Notes under the pieces: model-generated
Told to the model about the DNA's origin: nothing
Seen by the model: only the letters and a program-made list of their open reading frames with translations
Databases searched by the model: none
Source of the DNA: a virus
DNA: 64,000 nucleotides
Virus record (IMG/VR): IMGVR_UViG_3300020462_000003
Coordinates: 1 to 64,000 of that record
Direction: 5' to 3' (one strand)
Made by a program: the position numbers and the translations under genes
Shown: piece by piece, positions 57,174 to 64,000 of the stretch
Layout: every line of letters begins with the position of its first letter
How positions within the stretch are numbered: the first letter of the stretch is position 1

Positions 57174-57351
57174 AGGACGCAAGACCACCCCAGAACACAT
57201 GAGTCTGTATCCCACTATGGACTCCGTGACTGATGCAATTACCTACATCGAGTCACAAGTTCCAGTTACCGATCGCAACAAGATGTTCAGTCTGCTGATG
57301 ATGTACAACAACACATTGTTGGCAGAACTCAATCGCAGTAAAGCAGCGTAA
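57157..57351 (+). CDS. Hypothetical protein
   Basis: AAGGA RBS; LLMMYNNTLL. Confidence 0.6.
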   Translation: MLKAIEGRKTTPEHMSLYPTMDSVTDAITYIESQVPVTDRNKMFSLLMMYNNTLLAELNRSKAA

Positions 57352-57362
57352 CAGGGAAGGTT

Positions 57363-57854
57363 ATGGAAACTAATCCAATCGATTCAATGCTTCCCATCAT
57401 TGTTGAAGCAGTTCAATCCTGGCGTGGCAAGAACATGGCCAGCTCTTTGACCCAGCAAGTCCATTCCACACTGGATAAAGAAGCCAAGCAGATTGTTCTA
57501 AAACTGTTGGGCTTCGACACGAACTACTCCAGCTACATGTTGGACCACTGTAATGGCCGTTCGGGTAACTCCACTGCTGGTGATTACATTGCCGGGGTAC
57601 AAAAAGAAGCTGTTCGTAACTGGTTGGCCTCTGTACCCATGCCTGAACTAACCGATGAGGAACGAACAACCCTCAGTGCGTCCATGCGCCAGGAATACAT
57701 TTCCAAGTTCCGTCGTGAAGTTCTGCAACAAGCCAATAACAAAGCAATCGCTGATGCAAAAGAACTGGTCAACAAAATCAGCGAATCACTCACCATCGAC
57801 AGCTACGTCAAGCTGCGCGATCTCATTTCAAGCAAGGAAGAATCCAATGAGTAA
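57363..57854 (+). CDS. Hypothetical protein
   Basis: 163-aa ORF with RBS. Confidence 0.7.
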   Translation: METNPIDSMLPIIVEAVQSWRGKNMASSLTQQVHSTLDKEAKQIVLKLLGFDTNYSSYMLDHCNGRSGNSTAGDYIAGVQKEAVRNWLASVPMPELTDEERTTLSASMRQEYISKFRREVLQQANNKAIADAKELVNKISESLTIDSYVKLRDLISSKEESNE

Positions 57855-57992
57855 TCAACACGCACTTAAAGCCATCAGCCGCATCCTCGATATCTTCCTC
57901 AGCTCCGAAGCGCAGATCCGTCCGCACTTCCCACTGATCCAGTAAGGAATCCCCATGAAATCTCTACCAGGCCGGTATAACAGAGGGTCGTC

Positions 57993-58214
57993 ATGAGTGA
58001 ATACCTCATCACACTCATCCTCGCAGGCTGCTTGATCGCCGCTGCAGTGATCTTCTCAGACCAGACAGTAAATCCTGCCCACATTGCCTGGGCGGAGAAT
58101 TCCTGCAGCTTGAACAGCGGGATACATGAACTCTCGGCAGACAGGGAACAACTCAGCGTTCGTTGCATGAATGGTGCTGTGTTCATTGCTGCAAAAAGTG
58201 GGGTCAAGCCATGA
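57993..58214 (+). CDS. Small membrane/exported protein
   Basis: N-terminal hydrophobic helix, paired Cys. Confidence 0.55.
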   Translation: MSEYLITLILAGCLIAAAVIFSDQTVNPAHIAWAENSCSLNSGIHELSADREQLSVRCMNGAVFIAAKSGVKP

Positions 58215-58438
58215 GTATCACCGTCTTGGTGGTTTACCTCTGCACATCTGCTGCCATGGACAACTGTTCCGTCTGGCAAGAAGGCAGCTGGACCGGTGCA
58301 GCAGCACCCATCTACTGCACCGTCGAGCGTGATCTGGCTGAAGCCAGCGTCCTGCCCAATCAATTCATTCGTTACGAATGTGAAACCGTCGAGACCGAAC
58401 AGGTCGCGCGCACCCAACACAAAGGAATAAACCAATGA
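58211..58438 (+). CDS. Small Cys-containing protein
   Basis: ATGA overlaps at both ends. Confidence 0.55.
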   Translation: MSITVLVVYLCTSAAMDNCSVWQEGSWTGAAAPIYCTVERDLAEASVLPNQFIRYECETVETEQVARTQHKGINQ

Positions 58439-58767
58439 AGGTAAAACTCAGCCAAGCACACGACATGATCGTGCAGTGCATCAAGGTCGGCCTGGTCCCG
58501 ATCGTCAAGGGCAGCCCTGCCGTGGGCAAGTCCTCCATCGTTCACCAGATCGCCAAGGAATACGGTCTCAAGGTCATCGACCTGCGCCTTGCTCAGTGCG
58601 ACCCAACCGATCTGCTGGGCTTCCCCAACACTGCCAATGGCCGGGGCCGCTATGTACCCATGGAAACCTTCCCCATCGAAGGAGATGAGCTTCCGAAGGG
58701 CTACGAAGGCTGGCTGTTGTTCATGGATGAGTTCACCAGTGCTCCGCGTGGCGTGCAGGCTGCTGCT
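58435..58767 (+). CDS. MoxR-like AAA+ ATPase (N4 gp24-like), exon 1
   Basis: GSPAVGKS Walker A, LFMDE Walker B; joins exon 2 as VQAAA|YKLVLDR. Confidence 0.9.
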
Positions 58768-59650
58768 TAATTTATAGGCATTCACAGAAGAGACTCTGTG
58801 TCTAAAGCTACTTAAAACGGGAAACTCTGACTAGCTTATATCTGCTTGCACTTAGTTGTGCTTGTTTGTAAGCTAAAGACAATCCGTTGCTAAGTAGGAA
58901 TTGAAATGACTGAAATCTGGAAAGACATTCTTGGATATGAAGAGACTTACGAAGTTTCCAACTTCGGAGGAATCCGTTCCAAGAGCCGAGTAGTCCCTTG
59001 TAAAGGGGGAACTCGTACCGTCAAAGGCCAAATCAGAAAAACCTTTCTGAACAGAAAGGGATATCCAATTACCACGTTGTGTCAAAACAACAAACTGATG
59101 ACATTTACTGTTCACCAGTTGGTAGCTCAAGCCTTTATTCCCGGCTTCATCAAAGGAACGGAAATTAACCATAAGGATGGAAATCCTGGTAACCCTTCCG
59201 TAACTAATTTGGAAGTATCCAACCCATCTCATAATCAGCTACATGCTGTGAGGATGGGTCTGGTCCCTAAACAAGGGATATCCAAATACCGGAACGTGAC
59301 TTATGTGAGTAACCCTCGGGCGAAATATAAGTGGGCGGGATCGGTACGACATGCAGGCAAATCCGTCTTTGGATGGAAAACCTTCATGACTGAGGAAGAA
59401 GCAGCGCGCCATGTTGACTGGTTGCTTGATTCCATTGGAGACACTGACCGGATTCGGAACTTCCCTTCAATTCCTTAAATGCCCAACGACTAGTCCGCTA
59501 TAGGACGTAGGCCCAAGTGGGTCGAAATGGTAGCCCCCCAAACAGGTCAAGCTGTGGGGGTTGATATAGTCTGCTCTGCATAGAAATATGCAGCAGTGAT
59601 GCCTCAGGAACATCACGGGTAAGGCGTAACGCCCCTTACTGAACACAAGG
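58768..59650 (+). mobile_element. Group I intron (IA2-like), 883 nt
   Basis: P1 with U-G at the splice site, 9-bp P10, P3, P4, P6a, P7, P7.1/7.2, P8 and terminal G all traceable. Confidence 0.92.
58906..59478 (+). CDS. Intron-encoded NUMOD4-HNH homing endonuclease with AP2-like C-terminus
   Basis: EIWKDI.GYE..YEVSN.G.IRS; VHQLVA.AF...INHKDGN..N....NLE; SKY.NV...F.TEEEAAR. Confidence 0.9.
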   Translation: MTEIWKDILGYEETYEVSNFGGIRSKSRVVPCKGGTRTVKGQIRKTFLNRKGYPITTLCQNNKLMTFTVHQLVAQAFIPGFIKGTEINHKDGNPGNPSVTNLEVSNPSHNQLHAVRMGLVPKQGISKYRNVTYVSNPRAKYKWAGSVRHAGKSVFGWKTFMTEEEAARHVDWLLDSIGDTDRIRNFPSIP

Positions 59651-60331
59651 TATAAATTAGTCCTGGATCGCATGGTCGGTACTCACACCCTGCACAAGAA
59701 AGTCGCCATCGTCTGTGCAGGCAACCTGGAGACAGACGGAGCCATCGTCGAAGAGATGAGCACGGCTCTGGAATCTCGCTTGGTTCACATGGAAGTCACG
59801 GTGGACCACAAGGACTGGTGTGAAGGATGGGCCATGCAGAACGGCATCGACCACCGCATCACCAGCTTCATCAAATTCAAACCAGGGATGCTGTACACCT
59901 TCAGCCCTGATCACACCGACTGCACCTACGCCAGCCCCCGAACCTGGGAGTTCGCCAACCGCCTGGTCAAGGGCAAAGAGATCGGTATCGACGACATTCC
60001 TCTGTTGGCTGGAACCATCTCCGAAGGCGTGGCACGCGAGTTTCGAACCTTCACCCAGATCTACAGCAACCTGCCCACCCTGACCCAGATGATGGAACAG
60101 GCCACCACGCTGCCGGTGCCTCAGGAACCCAGCATCCTGTTTGCACTGACCGGTTCGATTGCGCACAACGCCAACGATGAGAACGCAGGTCCGCTGATGG
60201 ACTTCGTGTCCCGTCTGCCGATCGAGTTTCAGGTGGTCACCCTGCGTGAAATGGTACGTCGTAGCCCTGCCCTGATGAACCACAAGTCCGTCCAGGCGTG
60301 GATCACCAAGAACGCGAAGGAGCTGTTCTGA
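59651..60331 (+). CDS. MoxR-like AAA+ ATPase, exon 2
   Basis: YKLVLDRMVG...CAGN...MSTALESR...SPRTWE; in frame with exon 1. Confidence 0.9.
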   Translation, partial: YKLVLDRMVGTHTLHKKVAIVCAGNLETDGAIVEEMSTALESRLVHMEVTVDHKDWCEGWAMQNGIDHRITSFIKFKPGMLYTFSPDHTDCTYASPRTWEFANRLVKGKEIGIDDIPLLAGTISEGVAREFRTFTQIYSNLPTLTQMMEQATTLPVPQEPSILFALTGSIAHNANDENAGPLMDFVSRLPIEFQVVTLREMVRRSPALMNHKSVQAWITKNAKELF

Positions 60332-60332
60332 C

Positions 60333-60827
60333 ATGGGCGACCGCACCTACGTGTACCTCTATGTGCCTGCCGAGTTGTTCGAGCAGGCCAAAGAGATCGC
60401 CATCAAGTACGACGGTCAACCTGAAGAGGAAAACACTGACGATGATCAGCTTCACTACCTTGGCTTCGAGGAAGTGAATTACGGGGAGCTGAATTGCATC
60501 CGGGAGCTGCAATTAGCAGGCATACCCTATGACATGGACTGGGCTGATGGAGCCAACTACGAAGAGGGGGTACAGCACTGCCGCTTCACCGAAACAGGGG
60601 AACTCTCTCTCAAGGTCGTAATGGGGAGCGATCACAGCATCGATCCCTCCGTACTGGAAGAGGTCATCAAAAAGCATAACACCCTCGATGCCGTGAAGGA
60701 TTTTCTGAAGAAACATAACGAAGTTGTCAATCCACTCCCTTGGGACAACCAAGTCGAGTATGGAAAGATATACCGCACCAAACAACTAATTGCGGGCAAT
60801 ACAGAACAGTTGACCCTCAACACATAA
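60333..60827 (+). CDS. Acidic hypothetical protein
   Basis: 164-aa ORF with GGAG RBS. Confidence 0.65.
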   Translation: MGDRTYVYLYVPAELFEQAKEIAIKYDGQPEEENTDDDQLHYLGFEEVNYGELNCIRELQLAGIPYDMDWADGANYEEGVQHCRFTETGELSLKVVMGSDHSIDPSVLEEVIKKHNTLDAVKDFLKKHNEVVNPLPWDNQVEYGKIYRTKQLIAGNTEQLTLNT

Positions 60828-60914
60828 CGACTATTCCGCTAAATACTTAGACGGAACAGCGCTGCCAAAGTGCAACACACTTAACTCAATCCAAGTAGTA
60901 GACAGGTAGTATAA

Positions 60915-61091
60915 ATGCTCGTATTAACCCGCAAGGCAGGTCAGGCAATTCACATCGGCGACAACATTGTTGTTCGTATTCTGGGTTATCAGAACGGTCA
61001 CTTCCGCGTGGGCATTGAAGCCCCCAAGGACATTGATATTCAACGGGACGATATGAAGAATCCAAAAAAGCCGGAAGTTGTCAGTGAATAG
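60915..61091 (+). CDS. csrA: CsrA/RsmA-family RNA-binding protein
   Basis: MLVLTRKAGQAIHIGDNIVVRILG......RVGIEAPKDIDIQR; 58 aa, below the ORF track cutoff. Confidence 0.9.
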   Translation: MLVLTRKAGQAIHIGDNIVVRILGYQNGHFRVGIEAPKDIDIQRDDMKNPKKPEVVSE

Positions 61092-61242
61092 TTCAGGTAC
61101 ACGGAAACCCAGAATACTTCGCAAGAAGTCTTTTGAAGTAACCCTGAACAGCACCTGCGATATCTGTGGTCAGCACCGTGGCGGGAGTTCTCCTGTCAGT
61201 CACATCAAGTGTTCCAAGATTCGTCAGAATCGTCCGAAGTAA
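61084..61242 (+). CDS. Small zinc-finger-like protein
   Basis: CDICGQHR......H.KCSKIRQ. Confidence 0.5.
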   Translation: MNSSGTRKPRILRKKSFEVTLNSTCDICGQHRGGSSPVSHIKCSKIRQNRPK

Positions 61243-61343
61243 CTAATACACAGTTCAATAGTTCAACTTGCGGGATAGTTATATCTGCAAGTTGAACTTC
61301 TGTTGTCCAGTTAGTTGTAACTCTCTATCAAAGGAAGTTCGTC

Positions 61344-62450
61344 ATGTCATTGCAAGATGCCAACAAGGCTCTCGATAAAGCCAAGATCGGTCTTATGAGT
61401 AAGCCTGATAGTGCTTTCTTTACCACCCTCTGTCTTTCGTTTCGTCATCTGTTTGACGAGACCATTCCAACTGCGTGTGTGTCCGATACCGAGATCCGGA
61501 TCAACCCGCAGTTCTTCCTTTCGCTCTCCGATCAAGAGCGGATATTCGTCCTGGTGCATGAGTGCATGCACCCTGCCCTGATGCACACCGTGCGTCGAGG
61601 GGATCGTGATCCCGTGAAGTGGAACATCGCTGGCGATCACGTCATCAACCTGATGCTGCTGGATCGTGGCTTCAAGATGCCTGATTGGGTACTCAAGGAC
61701 CGTCAGTACCAGGGGATGAGTACCCTGCAGGTATACGACCTGTTGCCGGATGATCCCCAAGCACCCCGCATGCAGGACTTGTCGCCCAGCTCTCAGTCTC
61801 CCGAGGAGCAACAACAAACCGAGCAAAACATCACCGATATCGTCATGCGTGCTGCTACGCAGTCGGCGATGAGTGGAGATACACCAGGCACCATTCCAGG
61901 TGATATCCAGATCTTCCTGGATGAATACCTCAACCCCATACTTCCATGGGACAAGTTACTACGGAAGTTCTTCAATCAGTTCGCCAAGACGGACTACACC
62001 TGGAAGCGTCCTAATCGCCGTTTCATGCCTGAGCATATTCTCCCAACACTTTACGGCATCACCCTCGGTGAAATAGCCGTTGCCGTTGATACGTCTGGTT
62101 CCGTCAGTGACGCAGACTTCCATCGCTTCATCAGTGAAGTAAATGGAATCATGAAGAAGTTGAAACCCTCACAAATAACCCTGTTGCAGTTTGATACCCG
62201 CATCCATAAAAAGGATGTACTCAAAAGTGTATCTGACTTAAATCAGGTCACGTTCCACGGACGTGGGGGTACGAATGTTTCAGAAGTAATCCAGTGGGCC
62301 AGAGACAACAAGCCAGTTGCACTCTTGTTATTCAGCGACGGTGAATTCAGGCATGTAACGCCTGCACCGAAGTGTCCGGTATTGTGGGTTATCCACAACA
62401 ACAAAAAGTTTACTGCCCCCTACGGGAAAGTTATCCACTACAACATCTGA
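61344..62450 (+). CDS. DUF2201-type metallopeptidase with vWA domain (N4 gp25-like)
   Basis: VHECMH, WNIA.D..IN, AVDTSGS MIDAS, GRGGT, FSDG. Confidence 0.88.
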   Translation: MSLQDANKALDKAKIGLMSKPDSAFFTTLCLSFRHLFDETIPTACVSDTEIRINPQFFLSLSDQERIFVLVHECMHPALMHTVRRGDRDPVKWNIAGDHVINLMLLDRGFKMPDWVLKDRQYQGMSTLQVYDLLPDDPQAPRMQDLSPSSQSPEEQQQTEQNITDIVMRAATQSAMSGDTPGTIPGDIQIFLDEYLNPILPWDKLLRKFFNQFAKTDYTWKRPNRRFMPEHILPTLYGITLGEIAVAVDTSGSVSDADFHRFISEVNGIMKKLKPSQITLLQFDTRIHKKDVLKSVSDLNQVTFHGRGGTNVSEVIQWARDNKPVALLLFSDGEFRHVTPAPKCPVLWVIHNNKKFTAPYGKVIHYNI

Positions 62451-62458
62451 GGTGAATC

Positions 62459-62785
62459 ATGGAAGTTGCTGAAGCACTTAAACAAGTTAAAGCAGCAGGT
62501 AAGCGCAACAGCAACTACCTGGTTATCAACCTAAGTTATAACCACCAAATCCTGCTGCCCTACAACGAAGGGATGTTATTCGTATCTAGCCTAGAAAAGG
62601 CAGAGACTCTTGAAGTCCCTTATTCAAGACCGCCAGTAGTTAAAGGTTTTGAAATGTCATCCATAGAGTTCCGAGTTATATCGGAGCACGAGTACCACCG
62701 ACACAAAGTTGCTCAACTGATGGGGGTTTCTCTCGACAGTGTTAATTCACTGGAACCCATACAATCACCCAAGGAAGAAGCATGA
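62459..62785 (+). CDS. Hypothetical protein
   Basis: GAGGTG RBS. Confidence 0.6.
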   Translation: MEVAEALKQVKAAGKRNSNYLVINLSYNHQILLPYNEGMLFVSSLEKAETLEVPYSRPPVVKGFEMSSIEFRVISEHEYHRHKVAQLMGVSLDSVNSLEPIQSPKEEA

Positions 62786-64000
62786 ACGCACTTACCCTGT
62801 CACCCGATCAACAAGCAGGCTATGAGGCCTTCTCCAGTTTTCTGTTGGACCTACATAAGTCTGTGTTCGTCCTGGCAGGGCATAGTGGCACGGGTAAGAG
62901 CACCCTGGTTCGCACCCTGCTGGAGCAGATTGACAACCTCTTCAAGATGGCCCGTCTGATCAACCCCAACTACCCCGTCTTCGACGTGAAACTCACGGCC
63001 ACTACCAACAAGGCCTGTGAGGCGCTTCGCCACATCACGGCACGGGAAGTCACCACGATCCAGTCAGCCTTAGGACTGCGTGTACAGACGGACTACAGCA
63101 CCAATACCACTCGACTGGTGGTTCGCCAGGGTGCTGATATCGTTCAGAACACCGTGCTGTTTATCGATGAAGCCAGCTTCATTGATCGGGATCTGTTACT
63201 CACCATTTTCAAGCGTACCGAACGCTGCAAGATCATCTTCATTGGTGACCCTGCTCAGCTGACACCTGTGAAGAGCGATATCACACCTGTGTTCGAAGCG
63301 GGATACGAAGGGGTGCATCTGTCCAAGGTGGTTCGCCAGGCCGAAGGCAACCCGATCATCGAGTTGTCTACCAAGTTCCGCGAGACGGTCACCTCAGGGG
63401 AGTTCTTCAGCTTCCAGCCGGACGGTCACTTCATCCAGCACATGGATCGGGCAGCGTTCGATCAGGCGATCCTGGCTGAGTTCGGACGCCCTGACTGGCA
63501 CTACCACGACTCCAAGGTTCTGGGTTGGACTAACAAGTGCGTGGTGGCTTACAACCGGGGCATCCGGGACTTCATTCAAGGAGATCCGGACTTCCAGATC
63601 GGTGACTACGCCGTGTGTAACCACTTCGTTGGGACCAAGGGTTACAGCATCAAAACCGATCAGTTGGTGCAAATCACCAGTATCAGTGAACCCTCGTTCG
63701 AGCTGGGCTTACCAGGCAAGTACTTCCAGGTGGACGGCAACGTCACCAAGTTCATGCCCGACTCACTCACTGACAAGAAGGCTCTGGTACGTCAGGCCCA
63801 GAACGAAGGCAACGCCATGGCGCTGTACGAGATGGATACCAACTGGATCGATCTGCGTGCAGCCTTCGCATGCACCATCAATAAAGCCCAAGGCAGCACC
63901 TTCCGCAAAGTCTTCATCGACCTCGACGACATTAGAAAATGCACCCTGGGTAGCCAGATTGCACGCCTGATGTACGTGGGTGTAAGCCGTGCCAGCGAGC
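62782..64000 (+). CDS. Dda/RecD-like SF1 DNA helicase (truncated by window end)
   Basis: GHSGTGKST, TTNKA, IDEAS, IGDPAQL, VRQA, TINKAQGSTF, MYVGVSRA; open to the window edge. Confidence 0.9.
   Translation, partial: MNALTLSPDQQAGYEAFSSFLLDLHKSVFVLAGHSGTGKSTLVRTLLEQIDNLFKMARLINPNYPVFDVKLTATTNKACEALRHITAREVTTIQSALGLRVQTDYSTNTTRLVVRQGADIVQNTVLFIDEASFIDRDLLLTIFKRTERCKIIFIGDPAQLTPVKSDITPVFEAGYEGVHLSKVVRQAEGNPIIELSTKFRETVTSGEFFSFQPDGHFIQHMDRAAFDQAILAEFGRPDWHYHDSKVLGWTNKCVVAYNRGIRDFIQGDPDFQIGDYAVCNHFVGTKGYSIKTDQLVQITSISEPSFELGLPGKYFQVDGNVTKFMPDSLTDKKALVRQAQNEGNAMALYEMDTNWIDLRAAFACTINKAQGSTFRKVFIDLDDIRKCTLGSQIARLMYVGVSRASE

Noticed and set aside
58435-58770. AAA ATPase as a truncated pseudogene
   Set aside because: The stop is the first triplet of a group I intron; splicing restores the frame.
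1-64000. Integrated prophage with flanking host DNA
   Set aside because: No host genes are present and attP is unsplit.

Overview
The window is about 64 kb of an N4-like (Schitoviridae-type) phage genome, probably infecting Pseudomonas and circularly permuted. It has the N4 hallmarks: a 3582-aa virion RNA polymerase, a split two-subunit RNAP II, a Drc-like ssDNA cofactor, the primase/Sak4/SSB/resolvase cluster, the portal-capsid-terminase block, and an early region with hairpin vRNAP promoters. The DNA polymerase is not in the window and the helicase is cut by the right edge. No host genes are present. Unusual for this normally lytic group, it carries xis, a tyrosine integrase and an intact attP. 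The attP has 2+3 arm repeats around a mini-ORF (LISTANITMQF) that resembles the 5' end of the host ABC-F (YbiT-like) gene. Other highlights: a self-splicing group I intron with an HNH endonuclease splitting the MoxR-like AAA ATPase gene; an origin-like pair of opposite-strand hairpins next to an HTH gene that shares a 15-mer with an early promoter; a csrA/rsmA homologue missed by the ORF track; a candidate structured ncRNA; and an orphan second tail-fibre tip cassette. Family assignments come from motif recognition and synteny, not from database searches.
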